The notes beneath the pieces are model-generated. The model saw only the letters and a list, made by a program, of their open reading frames with translations, ran no database searches and was not told the DNA's origin. A program made the translations under genes and the position numbers. A stretch of DNA of 64,000 bases from an uncultured Candidatus Izemoplasmatales bacterium (GTDB lineage: Bacteria > Bacillota_I > Bacilli_A > Izemoplasmatales > Hujiaoplasmataceae): assembly GCA_964544325.1 (NCBI GenBank), contig CAZJAP010000002.1, positions 17,335 to 81,334 on the forward strand, read 5' to 3'. Below, in pieces: positions 49,419 through 60,009 of this stretch; the first letter of the stretch is position 1; each line of letters opens with the position of its first letter.

Positions 49419-52400
49419 TTATATATCAGTTTTGATTACTTCATAAGCTCTTGCAATTTTACCATCTCTTAATGTAACTATGGTTGTATCTGTATATTTG
49501 GATAATACTTCCATTTTTTGTGGTGGAGTAGCTAAAAGGATTTGTACAGGCAATTGTTTAATAAACTTCATCATTGCTTTAATTCTTGAAGTATCCATCT
49601 TATCGAAAACTTCATCGAAGAGAATTAAACCGATTGAATCATTGTTAATTCCTCTAGCAGCTTGTTCGAAAACTCTAACAAAGGATGCAAGTGTAGCAAC
49701 ATAGAATGGAACTTGAGTTTCCCCACCACTCTTTTCTTTAAATACCTTAGAATAAAGATATCGATCTTGGGCTGTGTTAGAAATCGCAATATCATAATCC
49801 ATGTAAGTTCTATAATCGGTAAATTTATTGACTGAACCTTGAGAATTCAAGTCTTCTGAAGCTAAATTTATAAATAATTCTTCTAATTGTCTTTGATATT
49901 TTCTTTCAAAATCATAGTTGAAAATTTCTTCACCAGTTTTCATTGATTCATCGCTTAAGACCATATCATAGTATTCGCCATACTCTTTTGATTTAGGGAA
50001 AATAAATTCATAAGTGTCTTCACCAAAATGAATATTTTTTAAAGTTTCATTGATCTTGGATATTTCCTCTTGAGCTGAAACTATATAGTTTCTTAGTTTG
50101 GCAATAAAATCTTCTTTAAATAATTTCTCAGCAGTTTCTCTTGCTTCTCTTACTTTTGTTTCATATTTAACAAGTTCTGATTTAACTAATTTATCCAATT
50201 CATCTAAGTATTCTTGCATATAGTCTAAGCCATATTTATAACTTAAATTATATTTTGAAGTATAACGAATCTGTGAATTTTTAAGAGAGTCTTCTAAGTT
50301 TATAATATTATTTAATTCTGATTCGATTTTAGCTTGATAATCTTCAGAGATTTGATTTATATTTGTTGATTTTTTAAGTTCAATTTGATATAAATCAAGA
50401 GCTTCTTTTTTAGCGACGAGATTTTCGTTTGAATCAAGTTTTTCGGTAATAGCTTTGATACTAGTTTCAATTTCTAGTAATTCATCATGAGCTTTAAGTT
50501 CATCGCTATCCAATTTTCCTTGTTTTAAGTAAGCTTTTTCACGATTAGTATTCAAATTTCTAATCTCTTCTTTAACTTCTTCATATTCTTTTCTTAGTTC
50601 TGATAAATCTTCTTGAGGTACATTCTTTTTCTTAAGAGCTAAAGCTTTTCTCTTATCTTTTAAAGCGTCAAGCGAATAATATGTTTTCAACATATTGATA
50701 AATGCTTCTAAATTAAGAGCTGAAAGTGCATTATTTTCTTCACTTATCATTTGAATTTTATCTGATATTTCTTGATGTTTATCCTTTAGTTCTTTAGCTT
50801 TTTGTCGCCAGTTTTCTAGTTGTTGATTCCGAGCTTTCTTACCAATAAATGGTTTTTCTGTTTTGTTATATAAAGATCTTACAGTATATGAACGATAGAC
50901 CATACCGCTATTAGTAATAGCTTGAGGATATTTTTCTAGCTCATTTACATCATCTACCATGATAAGATTACCACAAATCATATTTACATAATGTTCAGCA
51001 TCGATATTATCTGACGAAATTATTGAAGCTAGAGAGTTTTCTCTAAAATTTGTGAAATGTTGGATTTTTTTAGTATTTACTAAACCGATGCCATAAATAT
51101 CTAAACTATCCTTAATTTGATTATAAACATTTAAAGCTTCGTCAAAATATCTTGGTTCCACAATTAAATTAAATCTCTGCTGTCCTAAGTAATCTTCAAT
51201 AGTATTAGCCCAGTCACTGTCAGTTATTTCCAATAATTCACAAAGAATATGAACTTTAATTTCTTTACCATATCTCTTTAAGACTCCTTCTTCAATTTTA
51301 GCTTGAAGTCTTTTAATCATTGGATTATATCGAAGTTGATTGTTTTCTAAATCTTTTAAAGTAAGATAAACTTCATTAATTTCCTTTACAATATCATCAC
51401 GAACTTGTTGGTATCTTCCTAAACTGACTTTATTATTGTCTTCGATGTCTTTTAAACTTTTATTTATAGTTATTAACTTAAGTTTTTGATCTTCATAATT
51501 TTCATCATCAATTTTATCTAAATCAATTCGTTCAAGTTCATTATAAACTTTGTTATTAAATTCACTTTTCAGCTCTTTAATAACTTGTTTCATCTTTTTA
51601 ACTTTTGTTGTTGCATAATTTCTAAGTTCTACTTGTTGATCAATTTTCTTAGTTAATTCAGAAATTTCTTTATCATAAATTTCTGTAGCTTTAAAACTGT
51701 CGTTATTTTTCAACATTGAATAAATTTCTCTAGAACGATCATCTAAAATTTCAAGTTGCGAATTGATTTCTTCAATAAGTTTCTTGTTTTGTTCTTTACT
51801 TATTTCAATTTTCTCTTGTTTTTTATTTACTTGATCAATTTTGTTTTTCAGTGATTCGACTTCTAAAAGTTCTAAGAAATATTCATAGAATTGTTTTTGA
51901 TCTTGATTATTTTTTATTTCTTCATATAGATGTTTTATATGATCTAGATCATTAACTTTTTCTTTAATAATTTTTAATGTCGCTTCTAAATCTCTATATG
52001 CATGAATAGATTCCTTTATTGATTCAACATCCAGTTCTTTTTCTTCCAAAAGATAGCGATAAATAAAATCTTTTACGTCTGGAATCGGTTTAAATGCTAA
52101 GGCTTTTGGTAAAAGTGAGAAATAATTTTCATTAATTGAACCAAATAGTGATCTGAAAGCTAATTTAGCTTCACGTCTTGTCAAGTAAACTTTATTAGCT
52201 TTTTTAGTTTTCTTAAAATTAACTGTTGTTAAAATTTTACCTTCTTCATCAATAAATAGTGATTCTTCAATTTGACCATCATATTCATAAAAAATTACTT
52301 TTGGTTGTAAAATATCGCCAAAAACATCAATAACAGTACCTACAGTAAAGTATTTTGCTTTCTTTTCATCATAGAACTCCAAAGCGACGTGACCGGTAGT

Positions 52401-52658
52401 ATCACATTCTCTAAGATATTCTTGGTTATCTGTACCAAGTTTACACTTTACATAGCCGCGTAAATCTCTTTTGCTTTTTTCATTTGCAGCTATATTGAAT
52501 ATTTGATCCCCTGCTGTTAGAACAAAAGCAATAGCATCCACTATAGTAGACTTACCAGTTGCGTTTTGACCAGTAATTAATGTATTGTTTTTAATGTGAA
52601 GAGTTTCGTTAGCAAAATAATGCCAATTAATTAATCTAATTTTAGTTAATTTCTTCAT
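49419..52658 (-). CDS. SMC-like ABC ATPase, JetC/MksB-like
   Basis: 1079 aa from ATG 52658 (MKKLTKIRLINWHYF...), GAAGGTG RBS. Walker A GQNATGKST; C-terminal signature SGGETQ and Walker B LILFDEVFDKMD. About 900 aa of K/E-rich, coiled-coil-like sequence lies in between. Confidence 0.8.
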   Translation of the reverse strand: MKKLTKIRLINWHYFANETLHIKNNTLITGQNATGKSTIVDAIAFVLTAGDQIFNIAANEKSKRDLRGYVKCKLGTDNQEYLRECDTTGHVALEFYDEKKAKYFTVGTVIDVFGDILQPKVIFYEYDGQIEESLFIDEEGKILTTVNFKKTKKANKVYLTRREAKLAFRSLFGSINENYFSLLPKALAFKPIPDVKDFIYRYLLEEKELDVESIKESIHAYRDLEATLKIIKEKVNDLDHIKHLYEEIKNNQDQKQFYEYFLELLEVESLKNKIDQVNKKQEKIEISKEQNKKLIEEINSQLEILDDRSREIYSMLKNNDSFKATEIYDKEISELTKKIDQQVELRNYATTKVKKMKQVIKELKSEFNNKVYNELERIDLDKIDDENYEDQKLKLITINKSLKDIEDNNKVSLGRYQQVRDDIVKEINEVYLTLKDLENNQLRYNPMIKRLQAKIEEGVLKRYGKEIKVHILCELLEITDSDWANTIEDYLGQQRFNLIVEPRYFDEALNVYNQIKDSLDIYGIGLVNTKKIQHFTNFRENSLASIISSDNIDAEHYVNMICGNLIMVDDVNELEKYPQAITNSGMVYRSYTVRSLYNKTEKPFIGKKARNQQLENWRQKAKELKDKHQEISDKIQMISEENNALSALNLEAFINMLKTYYSLDALKDKRKALALKKKNVPQEDLSELRKEYEEVKEEIRNLNTNREKAYLKQGKLDSDELKAHDELLEIETSIKAITEKLDSNENLVAKKEALDLYQIELKKSTNINQISEDYQAKIESELNNIINLEDSLKNSQIRYTSKYNLSYKYGLDYMQEYLDELDKLVKSELVKYETKVREARETAEKLFKEDFIAKLRNYIVSAQEEISKINETLKNIHFGEDTYEFIFPKSKEYGEYYDMVLSDESMKTGEEIFNYDFERKYQRQLEELFINLASEDLNSQGSVNKFTDYRTYMDYDIAISNTAQDRYLYSKVFKEKSGGETQVPFYVATLASFVRVFEQAARGINNDSIGLILFDEVFDKMDTSRIKAMMKFIKQLPVQILLATPPQKMEVLSKYTDTTIVTLRDGKIARAYEVIKTDI

Positions 52659-53247
52659 TTTCTTCACCTTCGTTCTTATCTTCAATATTAGCGATAAGAT
52701 TATAAACATCATTTATTGCTTGAGTGTTGATTGCTAACAAAATCGTTGGATAAATAACAATCTTTGTATTTGCTTTAGTAATATCTCCAAGAGGTTCAAT
52801 TAAATTTAATCTTCTATAAATCCTTAAAATCTTGACTAAATCTGTTTTGTTGATTTTTTTCTTAAGTTCTAAAGAATCATAATATGTGTGTATTTCATCA
52901 ACTTTAATAACGATATTATCATTGATAGATGTTTTAACAAGATGTTGATGATAAAGAATTCTTAAAATAAGGAGTACTAAAGTTTCATCTTTTTTAAGTC
53001 TAAGCAAGTTGCTACCCTCACGGTTTATTAGTTGGACAGCGCCTAATTCTCTATCTAAAACTATTTCAAAATCAATAACGTCAAAATACTCATCAAAATA
53101 ATTTTTAAAACTTAAAATAAAATAATACATTTCTTTATTGTCTTCTTTATCTCTAGCTATAAAACTATTTTGTAAAAGCTTGAGGCATGTTCTTGCAAAT
53201 AATTGTCTCTGGCCCATATTTAAGTCATCAAATTTTTCTAAAATCAT
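52642..53247 (-). CDS. MukE/KITE-like subunit, JetB/MksE (DUF4194)-like
   Basis: 201 aa with an acidic tail. Size, its position between the 472-aa gene and the SMC gene, and segments such as VLDRELGAVQLIN and RLKKDETLVLLILRIL fit the DUF4194 pattern (by eye only). Its 3' end overlaps the SMC gene by 17 nt. Confidence 0.6.
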   Translation of the reverse strand: MILEKFDDLNMGQRQLFARTCLKLLQNSFIARDKEDNKEMYYFILSFKNYFDEYFDVIDFEIVLDRELGAVQLINREGSNLLRLKKDETLVLLILRILYHQHLVKTSINDNIVIKVDEIHTYYDSLELKKKINKTDLVKILRIYRRLNLIEPLGDITKANTKIVIYPTILLAINTQAINDVYNLIANIEDKNEGEENEEIN

Positions 53248-53249
53248 TT

Positions 53250-54668
53250 TTAATACCCCCTAATTATTTCAAAATCATCAAGTTCAAATCTCTTATTATT
53301 AATTTTTTCATATAATGGATTAATTGCGTAATCAAGTTCTTCTCCGGCATAAACTAATATGTAAAGCAATCTTATTATCGATTCATCGCTCATATCATCG
53401 CGAAGAATTTCAGATGCCTTTATCAATTTATTGTTTCTGAAATATTCTTTCAAATATTTAGCGATTACATCTTCTGAATAATTTGTTTCAAATTCATTGT
53501 AGAATTCTTCTTGAAGTCTTCTATCTGGTCCGCCATTATTTTCTACAAGGTATTGAGCATCGGACCTTCTATAAATTCCTCTTGGAGTATAAACTGATCT
53601 AGAGGATAATTGTTGATAAGAGTTGATGTTAAATAGTGGTGAAATATCATTCATAGCCTTGTGAGTTTTATTGTTTCTAATGTTTTTCCCAGTATATTTC
53701 AATATTCTGCTTAATTTCGTTATAACATTTTCGTCATCTGATAATAAAAATTTAATTTTAGCTATTGTAGTATTTACATATACTTTATTCTTTTCATCAA
53801 TTTCATCGATAATATAGGAAATAGAATTATAGATATCAATTATGTCATCTATTTTCTTGTTTGCTTTAATCATCGCGATGTCAGGGTCATTATGATTTTT
53901 AACTAGGTATTCTTTGCTAATGATTTCCATTATTAAAGGATTTTGTTGATATTCCTCTAGTTTTCTAACGATATCAACTCGATATTTATTGATATTATCG
54001 CTAGTTTTAAGTCTTCTATATGCTTGATCAACTAATTCTACCTTATAGTTTACTAATAAATTAATAAGGTCTTTTATTTCGCTATTTTCAACAATTGATC
54101 GAATATAGTATTTAAGTCTTGAATCAAGTTTTCTAATTTCTCTAACAAAAGCAACAGTATTTTTATAAACTTGATCTATGGTAAGTGCATATTCACCATG
54201 ATCATTAGTAAGTAGCGAATAGACTGTAAAAATATATCCTCTAAATTCATGGGCTTCACTCTCTTCACCGTAATAAGAATCATTGGCGATTTCTTTCAAA
54301 GCTTCTATTACAGTAATAGCGTAATCACGAAAGTTAAGAATCTCTTCATAATCATTATTGACATCTATGTCAATCCACTCACATTCTTCAAGTCTTCTAA
54401 GAATTTGATTAGCGCGATCTCTGTTAGTAATTAAAGAGCCCTCTTCCCCCTCTTCAATCTCTTCTTCATAATCGTCATCTAATGGATTAATATCTAAATA
54501 ATCAATAATGGCTTGTTTTGCAATATTTTTATCAATTCCTAGAATTGAACCTTGTTCATATACTTTAAACAATTCTAAAATGCAACTAACATAAACACGA
54601 TGGTTTTTGCTTGATAAAACACTAAAAAATTGTTTTGGTATTATATCAAATACATTCATTTTTCTCAC
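53250..54668 (-). CDS. kleisin-like subunit, JetA/MksF (DUF3375)-like
   Basis: 472 aa (or 469 from ATG 54659). It is first in the structural gene order and kleisin-sized. The N-terminal FFSVLSSKNHRVYVSCILELFKVY resembles JetA/MksF N-terminal wHTH regions (by eye only). Confidence 0.55.
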   Translation of the reverse strand: MRKMNVFDIIPKQFFSVLSSKNHRVYVSCILELFKVYEQGSILGIDKNIAKQAIIDYLDINPLDDDYEEEIEEGEEGSLITNRDRANQILRRLEECEWIDIDVNNDYEEILNFRDYAITVIEALKEIANDSYYGEESEAHEFRGYIFTVYSLLTNDHGEYALTIDQVYKNTVAFVREIRKLDSRLKYYIRSIVENSEIKDLINLLVNYKVELVDQAYRRLKTSDNINKYRVDIVRKLEEYQQNPLIMEIISKEYLVKNHNDPDIAMIKANKKIDDIIDIYNSISYIIDEIDEKNKVYVNTTIAKIKFLLSDDENVITKLSRILKYTGKNIRNNKTHKAMNDISPLFNINSYQQLSSRSVYTPRGIYRRSDAQYLVENNGGPDRRLQEEFYNEFETNYSEDVIAKYLKEYFRNNKLIKASEILRDDMSDESIIRLLYILVYAGEELDYAINPLYEKINNKRFELDDFEIIRGY

Positions 54669-54671
54669 ATC

Positions 54672-55022
54672 CTAACTTTCTCTAAAGTACTTAAAATTAC
54701 CACCAACTAAAGATGATAATGTATTTTCAATCATGACCCAATCTTTTCTAAACTCTTTAATAGCTTTTTTACCTTTTGGAGTGATTTGATAATAACGTCT
54801 ACTCATTCCTTTTTTATTTTTACCAGTATAAGAAGTTACCATTTTTTCTTTAACTAATCTTTTTAGTGCAATGTAAAGAGTAGCTTCATTCAGTTGAAAG
54901 TTATTTTCACTAACAACTTCTATTATTCGTGTCATTTCATAACCATAACTATCAAATTTAGATAAAATTGAAAGAATTATATAATCAGTAAATCCGCGAA
55001 CAAATTCGCCTGAGTTAGTCAT
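54672..55022 (-). CDS. PadR family transcriptional regulator
   Basis: 116 aa; FVRGFTDYIILSILSKFDSYGYEM...LYIALKRLVKEKMVTSY...RRYYQITPKGK is a typical PadR wHTH; RBS AAGGGGGTGA. Confidence 0.85.
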   Translation of the reverse strand: MTNSGEFVRGFTDYIILSILSKFDSYGYEMTRIIEVVSENNFQLNEATLYIALKRLVKEKMVTSYTGKNKKGMSRRYYQITPKGKKAIKEFRKDWVMIENTLSSLVGGNFKYFRES

Positions 55023-55061
55023 TATCTCACCCCCTTTATATAATCTTTTTATATATAGTCT

Positions 55062-55105
55062 TGTTATGTATTATCTTATTATAGATATTTTGTTTATACA
55101 TAACA
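55062..55105. promoter_or_regulatory. 10-bp perfect inverted repeat (candidate PadR operator)
   Basis: tgttatgtat (55062-55071) and atacataaca (55096-55105), 24-nt spacer with a nested TATCT/AGATA palindrome. The promoter-proximal arm begins 7 nt downstream of the -10 box. Confidence 0.4.
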
Positions 55106-55112
55106 TGTTTAT

Positions 55113-55141
55113 ATTATAACTCTTAAGGTATAGGTTGTAAA
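55113..55141 (-). promoter_or_regulatory. near-consensus sigma-A promoter of the padR-jetABC-like operon
   Basis: Minus strand TTTACA (55141-55136), 17-nt spacer, TATAAT (55118-55113). Confidence 0.65.
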
Positions 55142-55190
55142 TAGAAAATCTGAAATTTATTTATTTTTTTATCATTACATTCTTTAGCAT

Positions 55191-55218
55191 AAAAAAAAGG
55201 CAGTCATTTTGACTGCCT
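55191..55218 (-). terminator. rho-independent terminator after dnaJ
   Basis: 9-bp stem aggcagtca/tgactgcct (55198-55218), 3-nt loop, T8 run on the minus strand. Confidence 0.85.
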
Positions 55219-55226
55219 AATTTGTT

Positions 55227-56351
55227 TTATGTTCGATTAAAATTTGATTTGAAACGATCCCACCAATTTTTTTGTGGAGTCGCTTTGTCCTCTACTCTAA
55301 TTAAATCTTCAAATATCTTTTTTTGTTGCGGGCTTAACTTTTGTGGTGTTACAACAGTAATAATAACGTGTTGATCACCTAATTGCTTAGTTCTAATGTT
55401 TGGCGCACCTTTACCTTTTATTCTAAATTTAGATTCAGATTGAGTTCCTGATGGAATTTTAAGAAGAACCGGTCCATAAACCGTATCGACTTTAATTTCT
55501 GTACCTAAAGCAGCTTGGGCAAAAGTGATTGGAACATTAACAATAATATCATCACCTTCACGAATATATTTATCTGAAGGTTTAACTTCAAACACAATAT
55601 ATAAGTCACCGTTAGGACCGCCATTTGAACCTTTATTACCAAAGCCTTCTAAACGAATTTGTTGCCCGGTTTCTATGCCTTTCGGAACTCTAATTTCAAC
55701 TTCTTTAGTTATTCTTTCAACACCTTCACCGTTACAATTATGGCATTTATTAATTATTTCTTTTCCTGAGCCTTTACATGTAGGACAAATTGTTTGAGTT
55801 TGTGTTCTACCAAATAATGTTTGTTGTTCAACTATAACTGCTCCTGAACCACCACATCTAGAACAAACCTTAATATCTTTTTTGCTTTCCGCTCCAAGAC
55901 CATGACATACATGACATTCATCATATACAGGGATTTTTACTTTTTCAGTTTTTCCAAAAATTGATTCTTCAAAACTTATCGTCATCCTTCTTTGAATATC
56001 AGATCCCTTGTGCGGTCTATTTGTTGCTCGAGATGTTCTTTGACCGCCACCGAAAAAGGCACTGAAAATATCTCCAAAATCAAACCCTTCGAATCCCGCT
56101 CCGCCAAAACCACCTTGACCGAAACCTCCATTAGCAGCTTGATGTCCGAATTGATCATACTGACTTCTCTTAGTTTGATCACTTAAAACATCATATGCCT
56201 CTTGAACTTCTTTAAATTTAGCTTCAGCATTGTCTTCAGTCGAAACATCTGGATGATATTTCTTCGCTAATCTTCGATACGCTTTTTTTATTTCATCATC
56301 TGAGGCTGTTTTGCTAACGCCTAAAACCTCATAGTAATCTCTTTTATCCAT
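55227..56351 (-). CDS. dnaJ: chaperone DnaJ
   Basis: 374 aa from ATG 56351 ([12 protein letters not shown]), HPD motif, G/F region, four CxxCxGxG zinc-finger repeats. Confidence 0.95.
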   Translation of the reverse strand: MDKRDYYEVLGVSKTASDDEIKKAYRRLAKKYHPDVSTEDNAEAKFKEVQEAYDVLSDQTKRSQYDQFGHQAANGGFGQGGFGGAGFEGFDFGDIFSAFFGGGQRTSRATNRPHKGSDIQRRMTISFEESIFGKTEKVKIPVYDECHVCHGLGAESKKDIKVCSRCGGSGAVIVEQQTLFGRTQTQTICPTCKGSGKEIINKCHNCNGEGVERITKEVEIRVPKGIETGQQIRLEGFGNKGSNGGPNGDLYIVFEVKPSDKYIREGDDIIVNVPITFAQAALGTEIKVDTVYGPVLLKIPSGTQSESKFRIKGKGAPNIRTKQLGDQHVIITVVTPQKLSPQQKKIFEDLIRVEDKATPQKNWWDRFKSNFNRT

Positions 56352-56393
56352 TAAACCACCTCGAGCCTGTGGCAAAAACTAATTTGCCAAATC

Positions 56394-58854
<2,461 letters not shown>

Positions 58855-58859
58855 TTTCC

Positions 58860-59870
58860 TTACTCCTCTTCATATAATTTTTGGATGTGTTTAGCTAGAT
58901 ATTTCATTAAAGGAATAACTCTACGATAATCCATTCTTGTTGGCCCTACTAAAGAAATAGTTCCTTTTTCTCCATCAACTGTATCATAGGATGAAGAAAT
59001 TACTGTACAATCTTGCATTGAAGTAACCCGGTTCTCAGTACCGATTTTTACCGATATTCCTTCCGTGTCAGCGTCAATAATTTTGAATATTTCATGATTT
59101 TCAATTGTAGAAATAAATTCTCTTAACTTTTGAATATCATTAAATTCGGGTTGATATAACATATTTGACTGACCAGTCAAATAATATTTTGCTTGGGCAA
59201 ATTTTGAAAATGCTTCAATAAAAGAATCAACAATTGTTTCTCTGTATTTAAGCAACTCTTTAATATGACTATGTTGAATTTCATAATGAAGCTTTTCAGA
59301 TACTTTTGAAATCGGTGTATTAACTAACATTTCATTCAACAAATCAATTACTTTAATCAATTCTTCTAAGTCAATGTCTTCATCAATTGTTATTTGTTTA
59401 GATTCAACATGGCCAAAATTAGTGATTACTAAAATCAAAGCTTGATGACTTGAAATTGGGACTAATTGAACTTTCTTTACTTTTGAATGATAAGCATTTG
59501 GGCCTAAAGAAATTGCTGTACAATTAGTAGCTTGAGATAATAAATCAATAGCTTCTTTAATTAATTCATCTCTTTCAAAATCCTTATTGCTAAATAATTT
59601 TTCAAACTCAAAATAACCATCAGTTTCCTCTTCGAGGTTTTTTACGATAGTTTCTATATAATATCGATACCCTTTTTCAGAAGGTATTCTCCCGGAAGAC
59701 GTATGAGTTTTTTCGATATATCCTAAATCCTCTAAGACGCCCATTTCGTTTCTTACTGTAGCAGACGATACATTCAATAATTCGGCTAAAGTTTTAGATC
59801 CGATAGGTTCAGCGGATTTTACATATTCATCGACAACCATCTTCAAAATTATTTCTTGTCTTTTTGTCAT
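58860..59870 (-). CDS. hrcA: heat-inducible transcription repressor HrcA
   Basis: 336 aa from ATG 59870 (MTKRQEIILKMVVDEYV...); wHTH SSATVRNEMGVLEDLGYI; first gene of the hrcA-grpE-dnaK-dnaJ operon. Confidence 0.93.
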   Translation of the reverse strand: MTKRQEIILKMVVDEYVKSAEPIGSKTLAELLNVSSATVRNEMGVLEDLGYIEKTHTSSGRIPSEKGYRYYIETIVKNLEEETDGYFEFEKLFSNKDFERDELIKEAIDLLSQATNCTAISLGPNAYHSKVKKVQLVPISSHQALILVITNFGHVESKQITIDEDIDLEELIKVIDLLNEMLVNTPISKVSEKLHYEIQHSHIKELLKYRETIVDSFIEAFSKFAQAKYYLTGQSNMLYQPEFNDIQKLREFISTIENHEIFKIIDADTEGISVKIGTENRVTSMQDCTVISSSYDTVDGEKGTISLVGPTRMDYRRVIPLMKYLAKHIQKLYEEE

Positions 59871-59881
59871 AAAACCACCCT

Positions 59882-59908
59882 TTAGCACTCTTCTATTTCG
59901 AATGCTAA
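59882..59908. promoter_or_regulatory. CIRCE operator, promoter-proximal copy
   Basis: TTAGCACTC-N9-GAATGCTAA, one mismatch to the consensus TTAGCACTC-N9-GAGTGCTAA. It ends 12 nt upstream of the hrcA ATG. Confidence 0.85.
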
Positions 59909-59912
59909 AGTT

Positions 59913-59941
59913 ATTATACTAAAGCTTATTAGCAATGTCAA
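59913..59941 (-). promoter_or_regulatory. consensus sigma-A promoter of the hrcA operon
   Basis: Minus strand TTGACA (59941-59936), 17-nt spacer, TATAAT (59918-59913). Confidence 0.75.
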
Positions 59942-59955
59942 GTGTTGAGTGCTAG
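59929..59955. promoter_or_regulatory. CIRCE operator, distal copy overlapping the -35 box
   Basis: TTAGCAATG-N9-GAGTGCTAG, three mismatches to the CIRCE consensus; 9-nt spacer retained. Confidence 0.65.
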
Positions 59956-59981
59956 TTTTTTGCAAATAAAAACGTTTTTAT

Positions 59982-60009
59982 AAAAAAATAAAGCCAAATA
60001 TTTGGCTTT
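59982..60009 (-). terminator. rho-independent terminator after the MBL-fold gene
   Basis: 9-bp stem aaagccaaa/tttggcttt (59990-60009) overlaps the stop codon, followed by a T7 run on the minus strand. Confidence 0.7.

Noticed and set aside
52659-52712. N-terminal extensions in the ORF track: the SMC gene MMFIILSLILKIRTKVKK-, and likewise for lon, hisS, acpP, parE, yneF, rpsU, rsmE, dnaJ, hrcA, glk and the MBL gene.
   Set aside because: In each case a downstream ATG sits 5-9 nt behind a GGAGG/GGTG-type RBS and restores the conserved family N-terminus. The extensions run through the RBS or the upstream gene.
55062-55105. Canonical PadR operator ATGT-N8-ACAT.
   Set aside because: ATGT and ACAT cores are present in the arms, but no pair has the exact 8-nt spacing. 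I report only the 10-bp inverted repeat actually seen, as a candidate operator.
49382-55190. Possible direct repeats or att-like sites flanking the padR-jetABC-like cassette (a shared aaatttatt 9-mer at both borders).
   Set aside because: A 9-mer made only of A and T is expected by chance in this composition. No longer repeat, integrase, transposase or tRNA gene lies at either border.
55982-56182. 66-aa same-strand ORF in an alternative frame inside dnaJ.
   Set aside because: It is embedded in the conserved G/F and zinc-finger region of dnaJ. It has no RBS and no recognisable product.
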